DNA of 64,000 nucleotides. Origin: an uncultured Lachnospiraceae bacterium (GTDB lineage: Bacteria > Bacillota > Clostridia > Lachnospirales > Lachnospiraceae). The DNA lies in the NCBI GenBank assembly GCA_946182825.1, contig CAMGZH010000003.1:14051-78050 (forward strand), in the 5' to 3' direction. A program made the translations under genes and the position numbers. The notes below the pieces were generated by a model. It saw only the letters and a list, made by a program, of their open reading frames with translations, made no database searches and was not told the origin of the DNA. This document shows, one piece after another, positions 19,107 through 30,275 of the stretch (position 1 is its first letter; each line of letters opens with the position of its first letter).

Positions 19107-20309
19107 TCACTTTAAAAGATTACAAATTCTATCAAGAATATGGCCTGCTGCCTCGTCCTTGCTCATAAGAGGAAGCTCTTTTGCATCCTCTTTTGTGATC
19201 AGGGTGATCACATTGGTATCCGTTCCGAATCCGGCTCCTTCGGTTCGAAGAGAATTGGCAACGATCAGATCTGCCTTCTTTCGCTCCAGCTTTCCTCTGG
19301 AATTTTCGATCAGATGCTCTGTCTCCATGGAAAAACCAACCAGAACCTGTCCCTGTCTCTTATGTTCTCCGAGATAAGACAGAATATCCGGATTACCGGT
19401 CAGCTGAATTGCATCCGGCATGGTGACCTTATGGATTTTCTCCTGAGCGCAGTTCACCGGTCTCATATCTGCCACAGCCGCCGTCATAATAATGGCATCC
19501 ATCTGCTCCTGTACCTTCGTAACAGCATCATACATCTGTTGGGCACTTGTGACATCCACCCGCCAAACTCCAAGAGGTGTCTTCTGATTGACCGGACCGG
19601 ACACAAGGGTGACCTCCGCTCCCCTTCTGGCTGCTGCCTTTGCCAGAGCATATCCCATCTTACCGGTTGAGTGGTTGGTAATAAAGCGGACAGGGTCAAT
19701 GGCCTCCTGGGTAGGACCTGCGGAAATACAGATCTTTTTGCCTGCCAGATCATGGGGGAAGGCAACCTCGGAGATCACATGCTCAAGGATCTCCTCTGGA
19801 TCAAGCATTTTTCCTTTTCCCACATCCCCACAGGCTAAAAGGCCTGCTGCCGGCTCAATGACCTTCATGCCATAGGACTTGGCCTTCTTCAGATTGTCCT
19901 GGGTAATGGGATTTTCGTACATTCTTGTATTCATCGCCGGAAAGATCAGTTTCGGACAGGTGGATGCCAGAAACGTGGTAGATAACATATCATCCGCCAG
20001 ACCGTTTGCGATCTTGGCAATGGTGTTGGCTGAGGCCGGAGCAATCAGAAACAGATCCGCCGCCTTAGCGATTTCTACGTGCTCCACATCGAACTTGAAG
20101 TTCCGGTCAAAGGTATCCACCATACATTTGTTCCCCGTCAGGGTCTCAAAGGTAATGGGGTTGATAAAATTCAATGCGTTTCTTGTCATAATGACATGAA
20201 CATTGGCACGCTGCTTCTTCAGACGACTGCAAAGATCTGCCGCCTTATATGCCGCAATGGAGCTGCAGACTCCAAGTACTATGGTCTTATTCTCTAACAT
20301 AATCTCCAA
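19107..20309 (-). CDS. coaBC: Bifunctional phosphopantothenoylcysteine decarboxylase / phosphopantothenate-cysteine ligase
   Basis: 400 aa. The N-terminal flavoprotein motif [19 protein letters not shown] is followed by a C-terminal CoaB half. Confidence 0.92.
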   Translation of the reverse strand: MEIMLENKTIVLGVCSSIAAYKAADLCSRLKKQRANVHVIMTRNALNFINPITFETLTGNKCMVDTFDRNFKFDVEHVEIAKAADLFLIAPASANTIAKIANGLADDMLSTTFLASTCPKLIFPAMNTRMYENPITQDNLKKAKSYGMKVIEPAAGLLACGDVGKGKMLDPEEILEHVISEVAFPHDLAGKKICISAGPTQEAIDPVRFITNHSTGKMGYALAKAAARRGAEVTLVSGPVNQKTPLGVWRVDVTSAQQMYDAVTKVQEQMDAIIMTAAVADMRPVNCAQEKIHKVTMPDAIQLTGNPDILSYLGEHKRQGQVLVGFSMETEHLIENSRGKLERKKADLIVANSLRTEGAGFGTDTNVITLITKEDAKELPLMSKDEAAGHILDRICNLLK

Positions 20310-20334
20310 CTTTCTTTTCGCTGTTCCTGTAGGA

Positions 20335-21798
20335 TCACAGGCTGTGTTCCTTTAACATATCCATCTTCATTTCATAATAGGCAGGACTCATATCCACATA
20401 GTGACGGTGGGGATTCTCAAATCGCTGTTCCTCTTCCCAGATTTCACGGGTCAGCTGATCCTTGACATAGGCCTGGATCTCATCTGCTTCCGGAAGCTTT
20501 CCTACCCGCTTTCCCTTATGAATGATCCTCTGCTGCAGTTTCTTCGCCGTCACATGTTCAAAGCAGCGAACCTTCCAGGGTTCGATGGGGTCTACAAAAC
20601 GGTAGGCCCCTTCAAAGGATACCTCTTCCCCCGCCTTTGTAATCAGGTCTGCAATGGCATGACCTTCCTCGTTATAAATACGATATACATCCTTAAGTCC
20701 CGGGTTTGTGATCTTCTCCACCGCCTCGGAAACCTTGATCCTGGGCGCCATAGTCCCATCCTCTTCCACAGCGGAAAGCTTATAAACTGCGCCAAAAACC
20801 GGCTCCGAACGGGAGGTGATAAGCCGCTCTCCCACACCGAAGCTGTCCACCGATCCTCCCTGATCCAAGATGGAACGGATGGTATATTCATCCAGGCTGT
20901 TACTGATCACGATCTTTGCATCCGCAAATCCAGCCTGATCCAACATCTTCCTTGCTTCCCTTGTAAGATAGGCCAGGTCACCGGAATCGATGCGGATTCC
21001 GTAGTTTTTCGACGAAATCCCTGCCTCCTTCATCTCCCGGAAGATTTCGATGGCATTGGGAACTCCCTGACGAAGTACATCATAGGTATCCACCAGGAGA
21101 ATACAGTTATCCGGATAGGTAAAGGCAAACTTGCGAAAAGCCGTCTTTTCATCCTGATAATACATGATCCAGCTATGGGCCATGGTACCTCCCACCGGTA
21201 TATGGAAATACTGTCCGGCAGAGACGGTGGCTGTTCCCTTCACCCCACCGATATAGGCAGCCCGTGCCCCATAGATGGCCGCATCGTTATTATGGGCACG
21301 TCTTGCGCCAAAATCAGAGACTGCTCTTCCCTTGGCAGAACGCACGATTCTCTGGGCTTTGGTGGCGATCAGACTCTGGTGATTGACCTGGGCTAAGATC
21401 TCGGTCTCCACCATCTGAGCCTCCACTAAAGGAGCCACCACCGTGATCACCGGTTCACCGGGATACATAACAGTACCTTCTGCAAAGGCATAGACATCTC
21501 CTGTAAAATGAAAATCCCGGAGATAATCCAGGAAGTTATCATCAAACTGGTGAAGACTCCGAAGATATGCGATATCCTCTTTTTCAAAATGCATGCCCTC
21601 AATATATTCGACGATCTGTTCTAGACCGGCAAAGATGGAAAAACCGCCCTTATCCGGATTCTTACGGAAGAACACATCAAAGGCCACCTTCGTATCCTTA
21701 TTTTCCTGAAGGAAATATCCGTTGGCCATCGTCAGTTCATATAAATCCATCATCATGGAAATATTGCGCTTATCATATATATTCATAAATACACCCAT
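20335..21798 (-). CDS. pncB: Nicotinate phosphoribosyltransferase
   Basis: About 485 aa with a NAPRTase-like sequence (YELTMANGYF, GTMAHSWIM). The start may instead be the ATG at 21786 (MNIYDKRN). Confidence 0.9.
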   Translation of the reverse strand: MGVFMNIYDKRNISMMMDLYELTMANGYFLQENKDTKVAFDVFFRKNPDKGGFSIFAGLEQIVEYIEGMHFEKEDIAYLRSLHQFDDNFLDYLRDFHFTGDVYAFAEGTVMYPGEPVITVVAPLVEAQMVETEILAQVNHQSLIATKAQRIVRSAKGRAVSDFGARRAHNNDAAIYGARAAYIGGVKGTATVSAGQYFHIPVGGTMAHSWIMYYQDEKTAFRKFAFTYPDNCILLVDTYDVLRQGVPNAIEIFREMKEAGISSKNYGIRIDSGDLAYLTREARKMLDQAGFADAKIVISNSLDEYTIRSILDQGGSVDSFGVGERLITSRSEPVFGAVYKLSAVEEDGTMAPRIKVSEAVEKITNPGLKDVYRIYNEEGHAIADLITKAGEEVSFEGAYRFVDPIEPWKVRCFEHVTAKKLQQRIIHKGKRVGKLPEADEIQAYVKDQLTREIWEEEQRFENPHRHYVDMSPAYYEMKMDMLKEHSL

Positions 21799-21811
21799 TC
21801 ATCCCGCACGG

Positions 21812-22462
21812 TCAGATTCTTTTCTCCTGAAATGCCTCTTTCAGCTGAAGCAGATCATCAAACTTTCCTGCTATAATCTCTAAGATCTCTTCATCCGGTT
21901 GCCACAGATCCGGAATCATAACCGGTCTGCACCCGGCACGATGTGCTGCCAGAAGTCCGTTCTTTGAATCTTCCAGTGCATAGCAATCCAAAGGACTTTC
22001 TCCCAGAAGCGACGCCGCTTTTATATAAATGTCCGGGTAAGGCTTCGAACGTTCTATCATGTCTCCACAAACAACCGCATCAAAGTAGGAACGCACACCG
22101 GCTCTTTCCAGAAAGCCTTCCACTTCCATACGGCTTGATGAAGACGCAACAGCCATTTTACTCTTATTTTCCTTCAAATACGTAAGCAAAGCAAGCAGCC
22201 CCTTCTTCACCGGAACATCATGCTGCCTATAGTAATCGGATAAAAAACGGTTTTTATACTGACAGATCTCTTCCGGATGATATCTCTCTCCGAAGGTCTC
22301 ATACCATACCTTCTCACAGGCCTCTTCATTCATACCAAGAGTCTTGATTGCCATATATCCTGTGTCTCCCAGGCCGGCCTTCTCACCTGCATAGCGCCAT
22401 GCCTTAACAAAAACCTTTTCCGTATCGAACATCAGCCCGTCCATGTCAAAAATAACATTCAT
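21812..22462 (-). CDS. HAD-superfamily hydrolase (beta-phosphoglucomutase-like subfamily IA)
   Basis: Motif I is DMDGLMFDTE, and the C-terminal motif is ALEDSKNGLLAAHRAG. Confidence 0.85.
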   Translation of the reverse strand: MNVIFDMDGLMFDTEKVFVKAWRYAGEKAGLGDTGYMAIKTLGMNEEACEKVWYETFGERYHPEEICQYKNRFLSDYYRQHDVPVKKGLLALLTYLKENKSKMAVASSSSRMEVEGFLERAGVRSYFDAVVCGDMIERSKPYPDIYIKAASLLGESPLDCYALEDSKNGLLAAHRAGCRPVMIPDLWQPDEEILEIIAGKFDDLLQLKEAFQEKRI

Positions 22463-22543
22463 ATGTTTCTATCCTTTATCCTGCGTTTCGTTAAGACTCG
22501 CTCGCGAGTCTTGCGCGCCGACTGAGTTAAATAAAACGTAGAC

Positions 22544-22552
22544 ATCATACCA
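22544..22552 (-). promoter_or_regulatory. Candidate extended -10 element (TGGTATGAT) for the HAD-hydrolase gene
   Basis: On the minus strand TATGAT is at 22549-22544, with TG one base upstream. The -35 is poor. Confidence 0.35.
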
Positions 22553-22560
22553 TATTTGAA

Positions 22561-22589
22561 TCGAGTAGGCTAACTCCTACTCGATTTTT
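22561..22589 (+). other. Perfect 9-bp stem-loop followed by TTTTT on the + strand (terminator-like, pointing opposite to all neighbouring genes)
   Basis: TCGAGTAGG, loop CTAACT, CCTACTCGA, then TTTTT. Confidence 0.4.
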
Positions 22590-22626
22590 CACACCTCAAG
22601 GCAAAGCCTTTCGGTGTTCTACAGTC

Positions 22627-22670
22627 GCCAAAGTCCCTCTCGCAAGCAAGCTTGCAGACGGGACTTTGGC
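22627..22670. other. Long stem-loop of about 17-19 bp
   Basis: GCCAAAGTCCC (22627-22637) pairs with GGGACTTTGGC (22660-22670). The interior extends the helix around the palindrome GCAAGCTTGC. Confidence 0.5.
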
Positions 22671-22682
22671 TCGTTGTTATAC

Positions 22683-22720
22683 AAAAAAGCGTACCTTTGT
22701 GCTTAACACAAACGTACGCT
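22683..22720 (-). terminator. Rho-independent terminator after groEL
   Basis: AGCGTAC pairs with GTACGCT and the inner TTTGTG with CACAAA, followed on the minus strand by TTTTTT. Confidence 0.8.
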
Positions 22721-22756
22721 CTTTATAACTGCTCTTTTAATAATACTATTCAGGCA

Positions 22757-24403
<1,647 letters not shown>

Positions 24404-24420
24404 CTAACCTAGATTATCGA

Positions 24421-24693
24421 TCACTCTACGATTGCAAGAATGTCATCCTGCTTAACAAGGATGAACTCCTCATCCTCAAGCTTAACATTGGTTCCTGCAT
24501 ACTTTGAATATACAACCTTCTGTCCAACCTTAACCTGCATGGTAACATCCTTTGTTCCAGGGCCTACAGCGATGACCTCAGCCTCCTGTGGCTTCTCCTG
24601 TGCGCTGCTTGCCAGGATGATACCGCTCTTTGTTGTCTCCTCGGCCTCAAGCTGCTTTAATACAACGCGATCGGATAATGGACTTAACTTCAT
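24421..24693 (-). CDS. groS: Co-chaperonin GroES
   Basis: 90 aa starting MKLSPLSDRVVLK, with AAGGAGG 7 nt upstream. Confidence 0.97.
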   Translation of the reverse strand: MKLSPLSDRVVLKQLEAEETTKSGIILASSAQEKPQEAEVIAVGPGTKDVTMQVKVGQKVVYSKYAGTNVKLEDEEFILVKQDDILAIVE

Positions 24694-24741
24694 GTGTATT
24701 CCTCCTTTTATCTAAGATGGATTATTTTATCTTTTATTTTG

Positions 24742-24768
24742 TTAGCACTCATTTTAATGGAGTGCTAA
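24742..24768 (-). promoter_or_regulatory. CIRCE operator (HrcA binding site)
   Basis: A perfect TTAGCACTC-N9-GAGTGCTAA inverted repeat between the -10 element and the groES RBS. Confidence 0.95.
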
Positions 24769-24779
24769 CCGACACTCAT

Positions 24780-24808
24780 ATAATAGTTTCACCTGTCCCA
24801 AGTTGCAA
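24780..24808 (-). promoter_or_regulatory. Sigma-A type promoter of groES-groEL
   Basis: Minus strand reads TTGCAA, a 17-nt spacer, then TATTAT, immediately upstream of CIRCE. Confidence 0.65.
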
Positions 24809-24897
24809 CGCTGTATTTTAGGTGGTTTTCTCACCAAATCTATGCTTTACTCTCATTTTCTCCGTTTTTCTTCATTTTCCTCACGAAGGAAGCTTAT

Positions 24898-26268
24898 TTA
24901 TTTTTTCTTGGGATCGTAGGGACCTTCCTCCGGATACATATCCCGGAAAAGTTTCTTACCGGTCTCTGTCTTAAAGATCGTCTCAAAGGTGTGCTCTGCC
25001 GCTTCTTCCGATAACCGGTCCTCCAGGATGTTCACAAGGAAATCCGCCTCAACAAGGATCTGGTAATCGATTCCATCAATCTCAGTGTAGGTATGATGAT
25101 GGCCGATCAGATAGCTGACCCGTCGGATCATCTCCCGGTCAAATCCCAGATCCGTCATAAGCTTTACTGCCTCTGCCGGTCCCAGCTTCTCCTGAAGGGA
25201 ACCGCTGGAAGATGAAAAGCCCCGTTCTGCCTTATGGATCCCGATATCATGAAGGATCGCCGCAGCCTCAAGGGTATTTTGTGTATTTACATCCAGTCCC
25301 TCTCCCAGACCGATCATTCTGGCATAGGTCCATACCTTTGTGAAGTGCTGGATCCTCAGAGCATCTCCCCTATCGTATTCACTCATGGCATGAAAGAGAC
25401 GATTCAGAGAAGGAGCCACAAGACTCTCCCGCTCCCCGGCCATATGGTAGACCTTGGGATCCGGACTGACGAAACCGATATAAGGTCGCTGGCTTCTGCT
25501 GCGAAGGGCTTCTCCCGGATCGATCTCGCAGAGCAAAAGTTCCTGATCTCTTCCTGCCTTTGCCAGTACATTTCCATCCGGTCCCACCACAAGGGACTCG
25601 CCGGCAAAGGTGATACCGTTCTCCTCTCCCACACGGTTACACATGGCAATAAACACATTGTTCTGGTAAGCAGCCGCACGAAGTTCTGCTTCGAAGACAT
25701 CCAACGGCTCATTCACAAGGTTGGCCGTAGGAATCAAAACGATCGTTGCTCCCTGCAATGCAACCGAACGGATGGACTCCGGAATATGGCGGTCGAAGCA
25801 GATCACAATACCGACTCTGCCAAAGGGCGTGTCAAACACCCGAAACCCTTCTCTGGAAGGAGTGTAATAATCCTTTTCCCAAAAATTCTCCCCGGAGAAA
25901 ATATGCACCATATCCCCATGGCCTTTAACGGCTCCATTGGGGGAGATCAGGTAGGATCTGTCAAAACAGGTCCCATCTTCCTCTTTTATATAGAAGTTCG
26001 GACTGATATAAAGAGCTGCTTCCCTGGCAGCGGAAGACAAGGTCTCAAAGGCCACGTCATCTTCTCCGATGGAAAAGGCATCGGAGGGGATCCCCATACC
26101 GGAAAGCATAGCCGCCGGATACTGCGGGAAAAACGGTGTCAGCATGACCTCCGGGAACAATACCAGATCGGCTCCCTTCAGACCGGCGCTTCGGATCTGC
26201 ATAACAGCAGAATTCAGGTTGGCAGACTTATCCATGGACATCTGCATCTGTGCAAGTGCGATCTTCAT
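24898..26268 (-). CDS. Fusion protein: N-terminal carbon-nitrogen hydrolase (nitrilase-superfamily) domain and C-terminal HD/HDIG phosphohydrolase domain
   Basis: Start re-picked at MKIALAQMQ (26268), with AAGAGG upstream and 4 nt after the upstream stop. C-N hydrolase motifs LVLFPE and VGIVICFDRHIPE. HD motif AAILHDIG...IGHHHTY. Confidence 0.8.
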   Translation of the reverse strand: MKIALAQMQMSMDKSANLNSAVMQIRSAGLKGADLVLFPEVMLTPFFPQYPAAMLSGMGIPSDAFSIGEDDVAFETLSSAAREAALYISPNFYIKEEDGTCFDRSYLISPNGAVKGHGDMVHIFSGENFWEKDYYTPSREGFRVFDTPFGRVGIVICFDRHIPESIRSVALQGATIVLIPTANLVNEPLDVFEAELRAAAYQNNVFIAMCNRVGEENGITFAGESLVVGPDGNVLAKAGRDQELLLCEIDPGEALRSRSQRPYIGFVSPDPKVYHMAGERESLVAPSLNRLFHAMSEYDRGDALRIQHFTKVWTYARMIGLGEGLDVNTQNTLEAAAILHDIGIHKAERGFSSSSGSLQEKLGPAEAVKLMTDLGFDREMIRRVSYLIGHHHTYTEIDGIDYQILVEADFLVNILEDRLSEEAAEHTFETIFKTETGKKLFRDMYPEEGPYDPKKK

Positions 26269-26272
26269 GGAA

Positions 26273-26677
26273 TTAAACCTCTTCTTTCTTGGCTTCTGCC
26301 TTCTTCTCTGCTTTTGCAAGGAAACGTTCCTTATCGATAATGAAACGCTGGTGACTTCCCTCTCCGATGAGTCCGGCCTCATCGTATACCTTAACGGCAA
26401 AGGTCAACTTTCTTCCATCGATCTGTGTCAGCTCACTGTCGCACCATACCTTGACACCTAAAGGCGTTGCCGATACATGGTTGACCTCCAGTGCCGTGCC
26501 CACGGTGCTCTGTCCTTCTTCAAGGCCATCGGCAACAGAGGTCCAGCATGCCATCTCCACAAGGGCGATCATTGCCGGTGTTGCAAAGACCATAAGGTCT
26601 CCGCTTCCCATGCTCTTTGCCGCATTTTCCTCTGTCACATAATCCTCTGCATGTCCCTTACAACCTGTTTCTAACAT
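26273..26677 (-). CDS. Hotdog-fold thioesterase-family protein (FlK-like)
   Basis: 134 aa with MGSGDLMVFATPAMIALVEMA, typical of this small thioesterase family, and a Lys/Glu-rich tail. Confidence 0.7.
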   Translation of the reverse strand: MLETGCKGHAEDYVTEENAAKSMGSGDLMVFATPAMIALVEMACWTSVADGLEEGQSTVGTALEVNHVSATPLGVKVWCDSELTQIDGRKLTFAVKVYDEAGLIGEGSHQRFIIDKERFLAKAEKKAEAKKEEV

Positions 26678-26823
26678 GATTTCACCTTATCTTTCTTTTC
26701 TCAAATGATCTAATTCGGTTCGTTGCAACGTACAGACATCGGTCCGTTCGCCTCAACATTTACGATTCTACTATATTTACATAGAGAAGATACAGACTTT
26801 TTTATGAAATTCAGGTAAAATGA

Positions 26824-26852
26824 TTGCAAAGGATTTGCATTTACATTAGACT
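26824..26852 (+). promoter_or_regulatory. Candidate promoter of the Na/Pi cotransporter gene
   Basis: TTGCAA, a 17-nt spacer, then TAGACT. Confidence 0.35.
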
Positions 26853-26897
26853 CTAGTGGTATGTGTCATTTTGACAACGATTGAAGGAGAACTATCA

Positions 26898-28607
26898 ATG
26901 AGTATCACACAATTCTTTACACTTCTTGGTGGTGTTGGTCTATTCCTGTATGGAATGACGATTATGTCATCGGGATTACAGAACGCAGCAGGCGATAAGG
27001 TCCGAACGATCTTAGAGCATGCCACCTCCAATAAGATTTTTGGAATTATCCTTGGAATCACTGTTACCATACTGATCCAGAGTTCCTCTGCCACCGATAT
27101 GATGGTGATTGGATTCGTTAACTCCGGTCTTATGAATCTCGGTGAAGCGATTGCCGTAATCATGGGTGCCAACATCGGTACCACCATCACCGCTCAAATC
27201 ACAGCTTTTGATCTTACAGCCTTTGCACCGTTTCTACTTTTTATCGGTGCTATTATGTATCTGTTTGTCAAAAAGCCTTCCACTAAATATATTGGAATGA
27301 TCATCCTTGGTTTTGGTATGTTATTTGTGGGTGTAGGGCTGATTAAGGACGCCATCAAGCCTCTGGCTGCAAGTCCTGAATTTGCCAGATTCCTTTCCAC
27401 CCTGTCCAATCCGTTCCTGGCTGTACTTTTCGGTCTGGCTTTTACGGCACTATTACAGAGTTCATCCTCTTCCACCGTTATCTTCCAGGCCTTTGCCGTA
27501 CAGGGAATCCTCGAATACAAAACAGCCGTATTCCTTGTGATCGGTGCAGCCATCGGTTCTGTAACCCCGAACCTGTTGGCAGGACTTACCGCTAACCGCA
27601 ACGGTAAGCGTACCTCTATCCTGAACCTTTGCTTCAACCTGATCCGTGCCGGAATCCTAGTGCTGATCATTACCATCTTCCCGGGAATCCTTCGACTGAT
27701 CCAGTCGCTGTCCCCAAACGATGTAGGTCGTCAGATTGCGAATACCCATACCATTTTCGCTATCACTGCCGTTATCCTCATCGCGCCTTTCTCCAAGTAC
27801 ATCATTGCCCTTGTAGAAAAGCTCATCCCGGAACTTCCGGAAGAGGCCCGTATGAAGGAAGGCAAGAAGCTTCTCTATATGAATAACAGCAACAGCATGA
27901 TGCCTTCCATCGTTATCCGTCAGGCCATGCTGGAGTGTGAACGAATGGGTAATATGGCTCTTGAGAACCTCCAGGCTGCCATCGACTGCTTCTTCTTGAA
28001 GGACAAAGAAGTCAAGGATATGAGCAAAGACAAGAACAAGGATTTCAAGAAGATCGATTATCAGAAGGAAGAGGCAAGACTTGCCGAGCAGGTCCGCACC
28101 ACAGAGTCTATCGTCGATTATCTCTGTCATGCCATTACCGATCAGCTGATCCATATCCGTCCGGATGATATGTCCGATGCCGATGCCTTCCGTGCTTCAA
28201 AGCTTGCAACCATTGCCACCAACTACGAGCGAATCAGTGACCACGCCATGAACATCATCGAATACATGGATCGTCTTGAAGAGCAAAAGGAAAGCTTCAG
28301 CAAGCCAGCCAGAAAGGATATGAAGCGTCTGGCTGAGGCAACGGTACGAAGCGTTGAGATCAGTATCGAGATCTTCTCCAAAGAAAACTTCACCCTTCTT
28401 CCGGAGGCCGAGCGCAATGAAAACATTGTAGATGATCTTCATGCAGAGCTTACCGACAAGCACATCAACCGTATGATGAAGGGCAAATGTGATCCTACAG
28501 CCGGCATCGTATTTACCGATATGTCAACCGACCTTGAGCGTTGTGCAGACAATGCCCTGAATATCTCCACTGCTCTGGTGGTAAAACGTCACAAAAAATA
28601 TAATTAA
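26898..28607 (+). CDS. Na+/phosphate cotransporter family protein with C-terminal PhoU-like domains
   Basis: Start at MSITQFFTLLGGVGLFLYGM, with GAAGGAGA 8 nt upstream. The QSSSA motif occurs twice, and the C-terminal region is helical and PhoU-like. Confidence 0.9.
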   Translation: MSITQFFTLLGGVGLFLYGMTIMSSGLQNAAGDKVRTILEHATSNKIFGIILGITVTILIQSSSATDMMVIGFVNSGLMNLGEAIAVIMGANIGTTITAQITAFDLTAFAPFLLFIGAIMYLFVKKPSTKYIGMIILGFGMLFVGVGLIKDAIKPLAASPEFARFLSTLSNPFLAVLFGLAFTALLQSSSSSTVIFQAFAVQGILEYKTAVFLVIGAAIGSVTPNLLAGLTANRNGKRTSILNLCFNLIRAGILVLIITIFPGILRLIQSLSPNDVGRQIANTHTIFAITAVILIAPFSKYIIALVEKLIPELPEEARMKEGKKLLYMNNSNSMMPSIVIRQAMLECERMGNMALENLQAAIDCFFLKDKEVKDMSKDKNKDFKKIDYQKEEARLAEQVRTTESIVDYLCHAITDQLIHIRPDDMSDADAFRASKLATIATNYERISDHAMNIIEYMDRLEEQKESFSKPARKDMKRLAEATVRSVEISIEIFSKENFTLLPEAERNENIVDDLHAELTDKHINRMMKGKCDPTAGIVFTDMSTDLERCADNALNISTALVVKRHKKYN

Positions 28608-28610
28608 ACA

Positions 28611-28665
28611 AAAAGGGTCGTCCCCCGGATGATACATATCACCCGGGGGACGACCCTTTTCTTTT
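28611..28665. terminator. Bidirectional terminator between the convergent Na/Pi and argC genes
   Basis: A 14-bp GC-rich stem, GGGTCGTCCCCCGG with CCGGGGGACGACCC, flanked by AAAA and TTTTCTTTT. Confidence 0.85.
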
Positions 28666-29596
28666 ATAATCCGGTATCTTCCGGAAGACCGAGCATGATG
28701 TTCATATTCTGAACAGCTGCTCCCGATGCTCCCTTTCCCAAATTGTCAAACAGCGCTGTCACCGTTGTCTGCTCCTTGTTGCCGCAGACAAGGATCTCCA
28801 GGCGATTGGTGCCCGCCAGTGTATTGGCATACACCGTTGAAGGTGCCTCTTCAAAATCCCGAACCGTAACAAAAAGCTGATCCTTATAGTATTCCTTCAA
28901 AGCCCTGCAGATCTCCTCTGCATCCGGCTGTCCCTCCAAGAGACGATTCTGCAGTGAAATGGTGGAGGCCATTCCCTTATAATAGTCATCTACCACCGGA
29001 AGAAACACCGGCGGATAGGTAAGACCTGTCATCTTGGTCATCTCCGGAATATGCTTATGCTTTAAACTTAATCCGTAAATGCCGGGAGAAGATAAGGTCT
29101 CCGGTCTGCCCTCCGCCTCATAATCAGCGATCATCTTCTTACCACCACCGGAATAACCCGTCAGCGAAAAACATGTCAAAGGGTAATCCTTTGGCAGAAT
29201 ACCCAAACGAACCAGCGGCGCTGCAACAGAGATCAGTCCGGTTGCGTGACAGCCCGGATTAGCCACCCGCTTACTGTCTGCAATCGCCTGCCTCTGCTCC
29301 GGAGAAAGCTCAGGGAATCCATAGGTCCAGTCATCTCTGGTACGATGCGCTGTAGAGGCATCGATCACCCGCACAGCCTCATGCTCAATGAGGGAGACCG
29401 CCTCTCTTGCCCCGTCATCCGGCAGACACAAAAAGACGATATCGGCAGCGTTTAAAAACTTTCGGCGCTCCTCAAGATCATGACGCTTGTCCTCAGGGAT
29501 CCGAAGAAGCTCAAGGTCTTCTCTCCTTCCGATCCTGTCGTAGATCTGAAGGCCCGTGGTTCCACTCTGCCCGTCAATGTACACTTTCGTTTTCAT
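28664..29596 (-). CDS. argC: N-acetyl-gamma-glutamyl-phosphate reductase (short, type-2 form)
   Basis: Start at MKTKVYIDGQSGTTGLQIYDR, with the catalytic motif ANPGCHATG. It overlaps the upstream gene by 23 nt. Confidence 0.9.
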   Translation of the reverse strand: MKTKVYIDGQSGTTGLQIYDRIGRREDLELLRIPEDKRHDLEERRKFLNAADIVFLCLPDDGAREAVSLIEHEAVRVIDASTAHRTRDDWTYGFPELSPEQRQAIADSKRVANPGCHATGLISVAAPLVRLGILPKDYPLTCFSLTGYSGGGKKMIADYEAEGRPETLSSPGIYGLSLKHKHIPEMTKMTGLTYPPVFLPVVDDYYKGMASTISLQNRLLEGQPDAEEICRALKEYYKDQLFVTVRDFEEAPSTVYANTLAGTNRLEILVCGNKEQTTVTALFDNLGKGASGAAVQNMNIMLGLPEDTGL

Positions 29597-30263
29597 CTGT
29601 AACCTCTTTTCTTTCTCTTTCTTCCGGATCATCCAGCAATGGATCCGGTTCTTTTTCCTCTATCGCTTCCTCTTCTGCAAGAGAAGTCTCCTTGGCCGCC
29701 CTGCCGGAGGTCACCCCCACGATGAGAAGGGATAAAAGCCCAAGGATCCCTGCGATCATCACGCCGATGTAGAACCAGCGAATCATCGATGCCTGCTCCA
29801 GAATCTGATCCGGATCCAGCAGGATCAGAAGAGAAAGAGATGTAACAGCCGCTGCGAAAGCAAAGATCAGAATGCTCCCCGGTGCGCTTTCCCGGATCTT
29901 CATCATAATGGCAAACTGCAGTAAAAAAACAGCCTCCACCAGAAGTAAGGCTCCCAGAAGAACAAAGAAGGCAGGCAGAATATCCTTCGCCCGGATACAG
30001 AGCAGAACCCCGCCCAGTAGCATCAGAACCCCAAAGGAAAAATCATAATTGGTGATCTGCCGGTATTCTTCCTTCACGAAGTAACGGATCGACAGCCATG
30101 CTCCACCCAGCAAAAAGAATCCTGCTGTAACATAACAAAAATAGATACTCTTCATTCCCTCCAGAAAGGTCATAAGCGATCCCATCAGAACAAAGAGGAT
30201 GGATAACATCACAATGATCATCATGGCGGAAAAATTTCTGCTTCCCTCTGCCTTTTTCTTCAT
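29574..30263 (-). CDS. Hypothetical polytopic membrane protein with an acidic C-terminal tail (possibly DUF308/HdeD-like)
   Basis: 229 aa with about 6 hydrophobic segments. The family assignment is by eye only. Confidence 0.6.
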   Translation of the reverse strand: MKKKAEGSRNFSAMMIIVMLSILFVLMGSLMTFLEGMKSIYFCYVTAGFFLLGGAWLSIRYFVKEEYRQITNYDFSFGVLMLLGGVLLCIRAKDILPAFFVLLGALLLVEAVFLLQFAIMMKIRESAPGSILIFAFAAAVTSLSLLILLDPDQILEQASMIRWFYIGVMIAGILGLLSLLIVGVTSGRAAKETSLAEEEAIEEKEPDPLLDDPEERERKEVTDENESVH

Positions 30264-30275
30264 AAGCCCTTCTTT

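Noticed and set aside
20401-21396. Long antisense ORFs opposite well-supported genes: 20401-21396, 25234-26340, 30894-31805, 34268-35251, 44080-45111 and 59719-60681 (300-370 aa each).
   Set aside because: Each lies fully inside a high-confidence gene on the other strand (pncB, the C-N hydrolase/HD fusion, parC, parE, ackA, pgk). Their translations are odd, being Cys/His/Arg-rich with alternative start codons. They are typical shadow ORFs.
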